A stretch of DNA of 64,000 bases, taken from the NCBI RefSeq assembly GCF_016433145.1, contig NC_058133.1, positions 80,744,689 to 80,808,688 of the forward strand. Direction: 5' to 3'. The notes under the pieces are model-generated. The model was not told where the DNA came from and made no database searches. It saw nothing but the letters and a program-made list of their open reading frames with translations. Position 1 is the stretch's first letter, and each line of letters starts with the position of its first letter. The stretch comes from Gracilinanus agilis. Its lineage: Eukaryota. Positions 12,801-24,776 of this stretch are shown piece after piece. Made by a program: the position numbers and the translations under genes.

Positions 12801-12990
12801 TGTTACGTAGCTGGGGTAAATTGGGGGTGGGAGGAAACATGTTGAAAACAGAGGGTTGGTTTCTTCATTTTTTATTATATGAATATTTATAGTATTGTTA
12901 CCTAGCTGGGGTAAATTGGGGGTGGGGGGAAACATGTTGAAAACAGAGGATTGGTTTCTTCATTTTTTATTATGTGATTATTTGTAGTAT
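12801..12990. repeat. Head-to-tail tandem duplication, 95 bp x2
   Basis: Units 12801-12895 and 12896-12990 align without indels; 6 substitutions by manual comparison (~94% identity). Confidence 0.95.
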
Positions 12991-15900
12991 TTGTATTAGA
13001 ACCAACCCCCCAAAAAATTCAGAAAGCAGATCTGAAACCCAACCCAAACAATCAACAATTAAGGAGGAAATCTGTTACTGGTTCGAGGCTCCACCCAAGT
13101 CTCCCCTTTGCATTTATATTCCCTCCTATCTTTACTGTGTGTTGGTTTTTGTTTGTATCTCACATGGGAACCTTTTTCCTACAGCCACACCTTGAGTATA
13201 AGGATTGATGGTTATAGAACTGGTATACTCAGGCCAACATGACCAATTAGGTCAGTGAGGTTTTTTAATATGATTGTGTGTGTTTTGTGGAGCCTGTGAA
13301 ATATTATCTGTCATCTAGTGTCTTTATACTACTTTATGGACTGTTCTCAATCATATTGCTATTTTCATGAATTTTTCCCAGTGAAAGGAAGAAAAGGTGG
13401 AATATCAGTGCTACAGATTTCCACCTACTAATGCTTCTTGCCTCCTTGTTCCTGGTGAGTGCAATACGGGCTCCATTTCCAAAGAGTGTTTTATTCTAGA
13501 GACCTTGAAAATGTGCAGGGAGTTGAACCTGAAGAAAGGCAAGAATATCTTTTCTCTTTTATTCCCCCATTTTGGGATGTTGTGGTTGATAGAGAGGGTT
13601 CTTTCATTGGATAGAGGGTTAGACTAAAGGAGCTTTTAAATCCAACCTTCTGTAATTTTACTGCACAGAATTATGGAAGGGAAAGCAATTTAGCCAACAT
13701 TCTTCACCTCTAAAATGTCCTTTCTTGAGTTACCCTGATCAAAATGGAGGCAGCTTGCAAATTTTCTGGGAAATGTCCCTTTTGGCTCTAAATATATTAT
13801 TTCAATAGATACATGAGAGATTATCTAGTCCAGGTCCCTAATATGAGAGATGAGAACACAAAGGTAGAAACTAAACAGCATAACTGGGATTTGAACCAAG
13901 CTCCTCTGAATATATAAATGCAGCATTCTTTTCCATGTACCATGCAATCTCTTAGGCTTTGTTTGCTTTGGCTATCAGCAATCACTAAAAAGAGGGTGGT
14001 GGATACTCCATTTTTCTCTATCCTTTTCAGTTCCCTTTTCCTAATACACCATCACCAAAAGCAGAACACCCCCCCCCTCAAAATCTTATGTGGAAGAAAT
14101 TTTATGAACACCCATCAGCAACACTCGAGTGAACTTATAATTGAGTGACTTGAAGGATTTGGGGATCTGATTTGAACTGGGAAAAGTGAGTAATGTTAAG
14201 GCTAACTGAATGACTTTCTTAAGGAAATATTTGGCTATCCCAGAAGAAATAATCATGAAAGAATATTTAGATGAATTGTGAATTTCATTATCTTAAGGAG
14301 AACCAAGGCTGATTTCCTTACTCTGTATAATATATGCTTCAGTTGACTAGGAATGCCAAGGAAGTGAAGAGTAGATGTTGGGGTTTCAGGATTTAAAAAT
14401 AGATATTCTAAGACCTGAAAGTAGAAACTACTTCAAAGAATCTGCAGCAAGTTAAAAAACTGTAGATACCAGTGAAAGGGATAGAATGAAGGAACAACCA
14501 GCCAGATTTTAAATGTTGGGGACAGAAAGAGTAGCCAGAAGAGAGTAACCTCTTTATAAGCCATTGTAAACATTTAAAGAAAGAAATAATTTCTTTTTTC
14601 CTCGTGGTGCTCCAGGGGCTGTCTATCCTCTAGCCATAAGCAGATGATAGTCATAATGATCTCTTGGGGAAAATAATCATGATCTATATATTTTTTAAGG
14701 TAAACTACATTTTTACAACTTAGAGAAGTCCATCTGACTCGTGGGCTTGGGGAAATCTGATCATTCTCAGGGCCACCTTTGATAGAGCTTTACTAAGAAG
14801 CTTGATAAATGTTTGTCAAGCTACTGTACATAAAAATATCACCATCAGTTTTGTGAACACAATGGGGAAAATCAAACAATGTGAAAAAAGTTGTTCCCCC
14901 CCCCACTTCCCTGAAGCATTTGAAATGCAAGTCAGTTAATAAGTATTTGTTTGTTCCAATCACCTAGTCCACAGATTAAAGAATTATCAGAAAACCTTGC
15001 CTGAAATCTGATTTGCCTTTTTCTGTTTGAAAATTGAGAAAACTTACCTGATTATTCATTGCCTGAGAAAAGTCATAGAATAATAAGATCAGAGCTGGAA
15101 GGGCTCTAAGATCTATTTAAAATAGAATTAAAATTCCTTGGCATGATCAGTACTCATTGTAGCAACTTGTTTCCAAAATTCATTATCCTCCTCTCTCTGG
15201 GGTTGGACTGCCTTCTTTGTCCAGAAACATCTTCTAGGACTAGAACAGTTCAGGATCCTCCCCCCAAAGAATTTTAGCCTTTCTTACCATAAAAATACTA
15301 ATTTATCCAACAAAAATTATCAAGAGAAAATATTGCCAGATAAACATGGTCATCTCTCTTGTAAAGGAAAATAAGACTCATAGGCATCTATTTTTTTAAA
15401 AAATCTTGATTGTATTGCATTTCATCTGTTAGTTATTGGTAAAATGACACCATTATGACACGTAAAATGACACTAGTGGAAAAAATCTCATTGGGAAAAC
15501 AAGCAGAAGCAAAAGGCAACATGGAGTGATGCCTCTGTAGTACTTCACCTGTAGAAATCTGTACCAACTTCTTCTGAAGAAAAAAAAATTCATCTCTTTC
15601 ATGAAGGTAAGAAAAGCAGAACTTTGGTGACTTCCCTGTTGGGGACAATGGTGCAAGATGTGCCTAGAAAACCAGGAGTCTGGTGAATGTCATTGTGCAT
15701 GAATTTATGTCCTCTTTGTGGACTGCACAGCGCATAGACAGTTCAGAAGCACTGTGGTTGATTTTCAATAAAGAATATTGTAGTAACCTGATGGAAGACA
15801 ATATCTTTGGGGAAAGAGGCCTTTCTTCCTTAACTTTCTTCACACAATCTGCTACAAGCCTTTTTTTTAAAAGAAGGAGAGGTGGAAAAAATCAAGCAAG

Positions 15901-16469
15901 TCTCAGAAAGTCATCTTATTTTTAACATGGGACTCAAAGAGTATATGAAAGATATAGCAAGAAGCTCTTTCTTCTTAAACAGGTTCCCTATCCCTTTACT
16001 TTTTGTTTGGGCTGTGATAATATTAAATGAATGTTCTGAATAAATGGAGATTTTATCCACTTTTCTTTGGAAAAGAGCCAGAAGGGACTATCTTCTTATT
16101 GTAGCAGAAATCTTGGTTGTAGGAGATTTCTGTTGGTTAGGAGAAATGACCTTTTCTAGATTTCATACACCTGTTTTCCTCAAGTTTATCTTCCTCTTGA
16201 CTTTTATGTTTGTGAGATTTTTAGTTGATCCTCGTGTTTTTCTCCATATATTACTTTGCCAAACTGCTTTCTACCTTCTCTTTCTATTCTGCCTTCTCTC
16301 AAATTCTTTCAATGGCAACAAGATATGTTTTAAACTTTTTTGTGAAGGAGGAACATTAGATCCTTTCACCAAGAAGCCATATCTGTCATGAGTTGCCACA
16401 GAATTTGGTATGGAAGTCTAGTTTGCTAGTCATGTGCCTTAATCTAAAATTATACTGCTATTTGTTTAC

Positions 16470-16590
16470 TTTGCCTTTCCTCTTTCTCTTCTTTCCCTCT
16501 CTTCCTTCCCTTCTTTCCTTGCTTTCTTTCTTCTTTCCTTCCTCCTTCTCTCTTCCTATCTCCTTCTTTCCTCCTTCTCTCCTTCCTAGA
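16470..16590. repeat. CT-rich low-complexity tract
   Basis: Degenerate (CTTT/CTTC)n run. Confidence 0.85.
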
Positions 16591-18049
16591 CCTATTCTCT
16601 AACTACTATAGCATACTTCTTATGCCAAATTATAAAACAATCAAATTAATATATAAATTAGATGTTTTCATTTTGGATATCAACAACTGATAGAATTTAG
16701 TATTGTGATTAACTTTTTAAATGAATGATTTAATATTAAGTATGATAACTTTCATTTTAAAAATTCCTTTTACCTTTAGTTTTTATATTTTATATTTTAG
16801 CTATTTCTCAAAATGTCCCCCTCTTGATTTTAACTTATCTTTTATTATTCTTTCCCTTTCCACTACTTTTCTTTGTGAAATTATTAATAGCAATTTAACC
16901 ATTGCAATAATATACTTGCTTTTATATAGTATAGTAAATGAACCATTAATAATTCTACTTTCTGAAGAAAAATGTCGATGTTTGTGGGAGCATACCAGAG
17001 ACTCAGCTACAAATTATAAAATTTGAGCTCATTCTCTTCACTTTGTATAAAAAGCGCATAGTGTAGTACTGGTGGTGGTTGGATATGATTTTAGCTCTCC
17101 ATAAACTGTTTTTCAATTGGAATTGGGATTGTACTAGCTATTTTCATTGCGAATAGTTTTCTTCTTTTGCCAAACATTTTGCAATCCACTGAATTCCATA
17201 TTTCATGGTCCATTGACTTGAAAAGTCTGGAAATGGGATTTAACTTTCTACTCCTTCAGATGAAGATTCCACAGAAATTACAGGGAGGCTTGTTTTCGTT
17301 TGGCAGCTAACACAAACAGATGCAATGTAATGGACTCCTAGTAATACAGTCATAGAAAGTGACATGTGTAATCAGTCTTAATCAACTGTTAGGCATTTTA
17401 TTTTAGGTGTTTTCTGGGAAATGTTTTTGGGTAGGGGAGAGGAATTTATAGAATCATAGAATTAAAGCTGGAAGAGACCTCAGGGGTCAACTAGTTCTAA
17501 CTCCTCATTTTATGGATGGTGAAACGGTGGCCCAGGAAGACTCTCCTTGATCTAAAGGTGTCACAAATAGCAAGCATGAGAGTCAAGAATCACAGAAGAT
17601 TTCTTGAAAGATCAATTAACAAGTGTTTATGTTAGGCACTGTGGTAAGTGCCAAGATTGCAATTAAAAAATTAAATAGTCCTTGCTCTCAGAAAACCCAT
17701 ATTCCATTGAAGGAAACAACATGTTTGTGAATAATTATATGCAAAACAAATACAAGGTACTTTGACCTTTGATTAAGGAAGCATAAAGCAGGAATTATGC
17801 TAACCAAATGTGTGAGCCATCCGCATGGAATATGTCTAATGTAGAGTGCAAATGAGAATCGGAAGTCCTTACAGTTGGTGAGAGATCCTCTAGATGTCCT
17901 GTTTTTGGATAATTGTGCTGACTGCATTGAACCCAGTATCATTGCAGAACTTCCTAAGTAAACTCTGCAACAACTTAACTATCCATTTGGTTCATCAAAT
18001 ATATGAAGAATGCTTTTCACAGAGAATATGATTGGCATTTGAATGAATG

Positions 18050-18890
18050 ACTCATAGCACTTGTCCATCAGGAAATATATCTTGGCAGAACCTGACAAAT
18101 GAAAAAATGAATTGGACTCAGAATTGGAAGAAGAACTGCTTATCTTTGGGAAATTATACTTAATGACCCAATGCTTTACCCTGAAACGAAAACCTCCGTT
18201 TTGTTTTTAAACACCAATGTTCTTGCTATCTATGGCTTTCAGTCACAGAATGCTATAAACTTCAAGGAATCGAAGTTGCAGACCACCCAAGGTCAATGGA
18301 GGGATGCATGGTGGGCATGAGCAAGATATCTAGAAAACAAGAATTTATGTGGAAGAAGTGAAGTAAAAGAGTGATTAGAAATGAGTGAAACTTCCATTCT
18401 TTAAAAAAATATATCGGTTAAAATAGGGAGAGTGAAATATAACAATGGACATCCTCATTCTAGTGATAGCCAATGGTGGCACAGCGGAGAGAGCACTAGG
18501 GCTTGGATTCAGGAAAGCCTATGTTCAAATCTAGCTTCAGGCAGTTACTAGCTCTGTGGCCCTGGGCAAGTCTTTTAACCCTGTTTGCCTCAGTTGCCTC
18601 ATTTGTAAAATGAGCTAAAGAAGGAAATGGCAAACCATTCTAGTATCTTTGCCAAGAAAATTAAAAAAGGGATCACAGAGCATTGGACATGACTGAAACG
18701 ACTGAACAACAACAATAAATTATCAAGAGATTTAGAGAAAGACCCTATACCCTCATTAGATAAACCTTCTGCAGTAGATTTTTTGTGGCAAGAAATGGCA
18801 GAATCACATCAGATGGGCTGAACACGGTGCCCAAATTGTCAGATGGATTCATCAGAGCGCCCAGATTGAGGAGATCACAGATCCACCCAA
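18050..18890 (+). mobile_element. Decayed RTE-clade LINE 3' fragment (RT C-terminal region), interrupted by a SINE
   Basis: Frameshifted remnants translate to YLG..., FLNTNVL..YG.QS..., ESKLQTTQ..MEGCMVGMS, resembling RTE ORF C-terminal motifs; many stops. Confidence 0.6.
18468..18715 (+). mobile_element. Mar1-like CORE-SINE
   Basis: ggtggcacagcggagagagcac head, CORE, gaaggaaatggcaaaccattctagtatctttgccaag..gactgaaacgactgaacaacaac tail. Confidence 0.85.
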
Positions 18891-21018
18891 GCATTAAAGT
18901 ACTGATGTCTTAAATCTAGTAACTCATTCCTTTGTGTTACTCATTGCCCTTGTTGTCTTTCGAAATTCTTCTTTGCAGAGTACCATACCCAGGATATTGT
19001 AATCTCTGATGTCCTTCCAGCTCCAAATTGCCATAAATTGATGAAATATTAATTTGGCTTAATTGATCAGATTCCTTCTCTTTGCATAAGTGCATTTTTG
19101 GTGGCATGCAAATGGGGTGGGGGGATTGGATTGGAACCAGAGGACTGAAGTCAAACTGAGTTCTGTTTGATTTAGTTTTAAGCTATGTTTTTCTGACTTG
19201 AAGGTGTAGCAATCTGCCTGTCTGTGATTCTAAGATTGTAATTGGGAAGTAGCCAGAGCTTGTTTTGCTCCCACAGGACAAAAGTATCTCACTTTTATTT
19301 GTTATGGGTCATACAGCCAAGACCTTTCACTCTTTAGATCCTGTTTTTCTTCCTTCTGCATTGCTAGTACAATGTCAAGTCTAAGAGTACACTGTAAAGA
19401 AGTGACCCCAGGCAACTATGGATGCAAGTGCAGAGGGGGTCGAGAATTCTGGTACAGGGAATTAGCTTATTGTTTTCCTGCCTGAGGTCTTTTTTTCCAG
19501 GCAAGTAATAAATAATGTTTTTCCAAACATGGTTCAGGGCTGCATCTATACCATGCCTGGAGTGATAGATTCCTGAAGAATAGAAATATTTATGATATTG
19601 TATGTACTTGGTACATAGGTACTTAATAGCTGTTTATTGATTGATTGAAATGGTTTGCAAAATCACTACCATTAATACCTTTCCCCTTCCTCTCTCTCCC
19701 ATATAACATGATAATCTAAAAGGCTTGGCATTTTCAACAATTTTCTTCTTAAAAGTAAAAAGTTTAACTTTGGAGGCCATCTTTCTTTTTTTGAGATTTT
19801 CTATTCTCTGGGAATCTGAGAGAAAAATGCCTTTTTTCTCCAAAGTTGAAGATTCCACACTTAAATAAAAATATTTTCTTCTGTGAAGGACTATGTAGAG
19901 AAGTCCTAGAGTGACTTGGTAGAGAATCAAGAAATCTCAAACCTTAATCTTTGTGTTCCATTGAGGATACAGAAATTCAGATTAATTTTTCCAGTGCCCT
20001 TGAAATGGCTGTGACTCTCCTTACAAGTTATATCCCACTCCCCACTGCCATTTCCATGGTTTTCATTTTTTACTTCCTCATCCCTGATGAAAGAAAACTG
20101 GAAGCCAGTGTCTTTTTGTTTTGTGTAATGATCTTTTTGTTTAATGATCCTTTTAAGCCCATAGGGAAGGATAGGGCCCAGGGGGTTCAATAGGGCAAGT
20201 TCAGATTGGGAGCAAGAGAGGCAAAACTAAGACATTCTTGTACAATTAAGGCCCATAGGTACTGTGCCTTAAACCAGAATTTGTAAATAGAATATGGGCT
20301 ATAAAGTTAGATGCCTAGAAATTTCTAATCGTATCTAGAACAGAACCAAAGTCAGAGCCAAGTCAACAAGAACCTAAGGGATGAGAAAAGAGAGATAATA
20401 CTCATTAAGTTTACAGGGGTTCCAGAATAAGCATAAGGGGCACAAATTTAAAAATTAGTAGTTAATTTGTTAGCAACCTCAGCAGTGTGTGACTCTAGGA
20501 AATCTTTATTCATTCAACTTAATGAACATTTATGAAGTGCTTACATTTGCAATGTTGCATTCGTGAGGTATAGAGAGACAAAAACCCAAAACTTCCTCTT
20601 CCCAAAGATCTTACATTCATGTAGGTCCACGACTGATTCCAGGGATGATGAAAGTATGAAAGAGAAATAATCATAAGGCAAATATGAATTTGTAATAAGG
20701 GAGACAAAGCTGAGAGAGAACCCAATTATTTTTCCTTAGACTTTAGGTAACATGTATTTATTGTATAAAAGGATATATTATTGTTCCATGTACTTTTTTC
20801 TTTCTCCCTTTTTAGACTAGAAGCCTCTTGAAGATAAGAAATACATACTATTTCAGATTCTTCAAAAATTTCTGCGGCTAGTTTGATATTTACCCCAACT
20901 GCCTACATTAGAACAAGGTCAGTTCTAAGCATCACTGTGATATGTTGGAAAAAAACATTGAGTTTGGAATCATAGAACCTGATCAAATCCCAATTCTGGC
21001 ACTTAATATCTGTTAGAC

Positions 21019-21209
21019 CAGTGATTCCCAAAGTGGGTGCCACTGCACCCTGGTGGTTGCTGCAGCAATCCAGGAGGGCGGTGATGGCCACAGGTGCATT
21101 TGGGGTGGTGAATAACTGTAAGGAGGTGGTGATAGTATGTGACAGGGGGTGCTAAGTAATATTTTTTCTGGAAAGGGGACAGTAGGCCAAAAAAGTTTGG
21201 GAACCACTG
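21019..21209 (-). mobile_element. hAT MITE, copy B (variant interior)
   Basis: Same TIRs as copy A in opposite orientation; TSD tgttagac/ggttagaa (6/8); 191 bp. Confidence 0.9.
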
Positions 21210-22931
21210 GGTTAGAACTTTGGAAAGTCACTTAATTCTTTTGGGACTCAGGTGTCTCATCTGTAAAACGAAGGTATTGAATTAGACAAACTCTAAAGTC
21301 CCCGTACCTCTAAATATTATCCAGTGATTCCATGAAGACAAATATTTTGTCTCCCTGCCACAAAGCAGATTACTAATTCAGAATCTAAACTTAAATTTTG
21401 TAAGTCTGTTAGATGTTCTAAGAGCTAAAAACACACCCAATGTATGCCATTCATTTTATTGCTTCTGGCAAGTTATTTTAAAATTCAGAGACTTTTATAG
21501 CTTAGTTATTAATCGAAGTCCAATTTTCCTTTTATGTCATTTGGATGGAACTATTACAGATTATAAAAAATGTTGTTGTACTGTCAAGAGAGTGGTCACT
21601 GCTTTCATGTGGCTTTTGCCATGATTCTTGCCATACTCTCTATTCAATACCCATGCTTTAGAAATTGGCCAATAATTAACTCCTGATGCCAGTTTCCTAG
21701 AGAAAATGAAATCCAGGGTTTTATGAATGGTAAAAGTAGTATAATACATTGTTCAGGGCGTATTATGTCTCAAGTACCTCATAATAATGGAATCAGAAAA
21801 AAAATGTAGGTTGTCAATAATAACCAACAGATGATGGGCTTCTCTAGAGAGATGTAACATTTCTGGAAAATGTGAAGCAATGACAAGGAAATATGATCAG
21901 AAGATTGAGCTCAGGGATGAAAAACCACATTGCTTAGTTCTGTATTTGGAGCTTCTAGCATAGTGTAGGACTTTCCAGAGTTCATAGGGTACTGGTAAGA
22001 GCCTTTGAATCACATCCTAGAAATATCACCTCCATGAAGTATCACTTCTATGAAGTATTCCCTCTACAAAGTATCGTGAGTAACATTATCAAAGTGATTA
22101 TTATTTATTATATTGTATTATATTATATTTATAAATGTGCATTATATTTATAAATTATATATCATAATTTATCCTATATTGTAGCACCTTAAGGAAGTTA
22201 TTTTTTAAGGACTAACTTAGATACACATTTGTATTAGAACTTTGTAACTCCCATGACAGTGGAAGAATGAAACATATTCATTTGAGCTCTCTCAAATTCT
22301 CCTTCAAATAGCATTAAAATAATACTTTAAAATGAATTCTGGAGTGGTAGGACCAATAAAAGGGCATGATGAAACAGTTTTCTAACAAAACAACTTAAAA
22401 GGGTGTCAGGAAAAGCCTGTATAACTGGGGTGAGAATAGAACACAGTCCAGTCCAGACTATGCCCCAACAAGCCAGGAACAGCATTGGGAGTGACCAAAT
22501 CTAGAGCAGAAGCTTCCAGAGCTCTCACACCATAGATGGTAAGAAAGTTGGACAAATGATACAAAGGAGATTATAAGAGATCCTTTGTGGGCTCAGGCCT
22601 TTTGGATTGTCCATATGTGGTTCTTGGTTGCAGTCTCAGGGCTAGGAAGAGCACTTGCACACTAGAGCATGCGGCCACAGGAGGGTGGGGACCTTTCACA
22701 GTTCCAGGGAAGAAACAAGTGATTGTTGGTGCTCTCCAACCAGAGCACACTTGGAAGGACAATGACCACCACCCTCTCCTTAGATCATACCACCTTGGAA
22801 GAACTAAAATTTATAGAACCCCCAGAACTACCTCTTCATGCAGCATCATGAAAAACCTCAAGCTTGAGATGGTGCTCCCAACCTCCAGAAGCAGAATTCA
22901 ACTTTAACATGAAGTTAAAAGTTAAGAAATC

Positions 22932-23136
22932 GGGGGCAGCTGGGTAGCTCAGTGGATTGAGAGCCAGGCCTAAAGACGGGAGGTCCTAGGTTCAAATCTG
23001 ACCCCAAACATTTCCCAGCTGTGTGACCCTGGGCAAGTCACTTGACCCCCATTGCCTACCCTTACCACTCTTCTGCCTTGGAGCCAATATACAGTATTGA
23101 CTCCAAGATGGAAGGTAAGGGTTTTAAAAAAAAAAT
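22932..23136 (+). mobile_element. SINE1_Mdo-like SINE inserted just upstream of L1 ORF1
   Basis: Full-length copy; 14-bp TSD aaagttaagaaatc at 22918-22931 and 23137-23150. Confidence 0.93.
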
Positions 23137-23478
23137 AAAGTTAAGAAATCAGCTGGGGAAAATGAGCAAACAAAAAAAGAACCTAACCATAGAAAGTTAC
23201 TATGCTGACAGGGAAGTCCAAAACACAAATTCAGAAGATGACAACAAAGTCAAAAAAACTTCATTTAAATCCTCAAAGAAAAATGTGAATTGGTTTCAGG
23301 CCCAAATAAGAATTCCTGGAAAATCTCCAGAAGGATTTTAAAAATCAAATAAGAGAGGTAAAGAAAAATTGGGAAAATAAATAAGAATGATACAGGAAAA
23401 TAATAAAGAAAAGGTCAGCAATTTCATAAAAGAGGCATAAAAAATACTCAAGGAAGTAACATCATACAAAACTTAATA

Positions 23479-23590
23479 GGGGGCAGCTGGGTAGNCCCTG
23501 GGCAAGTCACTTGACCCCCATTGCCTACCCTTACCAATCTTCTACCTATGAGACAATACACCGAAGTACAAGGGTTTAAAAAAAAAAACT
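23479..23590 (+). mobile_element. SINE1_Mdo-like SINE, collapsed at a single N
   Basis: Head ggggcagctgggtag, N at 23495, then ccctgggcaagtcac... and the short-tail subtype end; imperfect TSD aaaacttaatagg/aaaactacatagg. Confidence 0.85.
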
Positions 23591-23777
23591 ACATAGGCCA
23601 CATGATAAAAGAAGCATAGAAATTCAGTGAAGAAAAGAACATTTTTAAATGAATTGGCCAAATACAAAAAGATATAAAAATTTATTGAAAAGAATTCCTT
23701 AAAAAACAGAATTGGTGAAAAGGAAAAAGATGTATAAAAATTCACTGAAGAAAAGAACTCTTTAAAAAGTAGATTTG

Positions 23778-23842
23778 TTGGGAGGGAGGGAAAGAACATG
23801 AATCATATAACCATGGAAAAATATTCTAAAAAATAAAAAAAT
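23778..23842 (+). mobile_element. Extremely 5'-truncated L1 3' tip
   Basis: gggagggagggaaagaacatgaatcatataaccatggaaaaatattctaaa(A-rich) matches the opossum L1 terminus as I recall it; related copy at 61620. Confidence 0.7.
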
Positions 23843-24019
23843 TAAGTTTTTTTTAAAACTTTAAAACTTAAGTAGGCTTGATGAAATAGAAAAGAAGGTA
23901 CAAAAACTAGTGAAGAAAATAATTTCTTAAAAATTCAAAATGGGCTAGTAATAAATATTATTACTGTCATTATGTAAGTTTGCAAATTATAGTTAATTAA
24001 ATTGGTATCATTTCACTAC

Positions 24020-24645
24020 TGTAAGGAATAAAATTTAGGTATTTATAGATATATATTAAAATATGTGGCCGCCAGGAATCAACAATTTAGGTTGATTCCG
24101 TAATTAAATCAGACCCAAGTCAGCATCGGGTTGAAGAGTTTATTTACAATCGGTAGGTAAAAGTAGGAATAAAGAGAAAAGTAGAGGCTAGTCCAGCCTG
24201 GACTGAGAGAGAAGAAGGTTATAAAGCTTAATAATGAAGCTGTAAGCCACAGGGCCCAACAGCCAGATAGGCAGAGTTTAGAATTGGCCCAGCCAGGCCA
24301 AGGAAGTCAGCCTAACTTACCCACGTGACAATATAGAGCGTAATCTGTCTGTGGTCTCAGGAGATGCTTCTTCTTCCAGTTCGAGATGGCAACTGCCCCC
24401 GCAGGAAGTTCACACACTTACTTAAAGAGATAGTGTCTTTCATCACTTCCTGTGGTCCACCTCTAATTCAAATGGACAAATGGCAGTTTCTACATTGATT
24501 TGGACTGCCCAAAGGGCAGTCCCTTATTCTTGATTTGTTACTTATTGTCACGTGTGGGTAACTTGTCTCCCCTCCCCACTAAGGGAGCTGAGAGTGACAT
24601 CATTAGCACGCCTGGGTTGAGTAGATCCAGCTAATTCTATTTACA
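24020..24645 (-). mobile_element. Solo LTR of an endogenous retrovirus (6-bp TSD, class II/ERVK-like)
   Basis: TG...CA termini with TGTAA/TTACA inverted ends; perfect TSD CACTAC at 24014-24019 and 24646-24651; 626 bp; minus-strand AATAAA (tttatt 24139-24144); CpGs retained. Orientation is inferred. Confidence 0.88.
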
Positions 24646-24659
24646 CACTACTCAACCAT

Positions 24660-24776
24660 AAATTCTATAAAGTCAGGGACTGTGTTCTACTTAAACTTTG
24701 TATTTTTACCTGTTTGATCTAGTACAGTGTTCTGTTCTTATTAAGTTCTTAATAAAAGTTTGTTGATTTGATTTAA
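24660..24776 (+). mobile_element. L2-type 3' tail
   Basis: cagggactgtgttc...tttgtattttta...tagtacagtgttctg...cttaataaaagtttgttgatttgattta. Confidence 0.6.

Noticed and set aside
16044-17026. Hydrophobic ORFs (115, 69, 101 aa) resembling membrane or mitochondrial proteins
   Set aside because: The F/L/I/S bias comes from T-rich low-complexity DNA; I see no mitochondrial gene motif or tRNA, so a numt is not supported.
23042-23341. 99-aa ORF fusing a SINE tail in frame to the L1 ORF1 N-terminus
   Set aside because: Starts at a TTG inside the SINE and frameshifts soon after the ORF1 start; a chance chimera of repeats.
23600-23945. Regularly spaced repeats superficially like a CRISPR array
   Set aside because: The units are degenerate, lie within L1 ORF1 and have no unique spacers; no cas genes; eukaryotic context.
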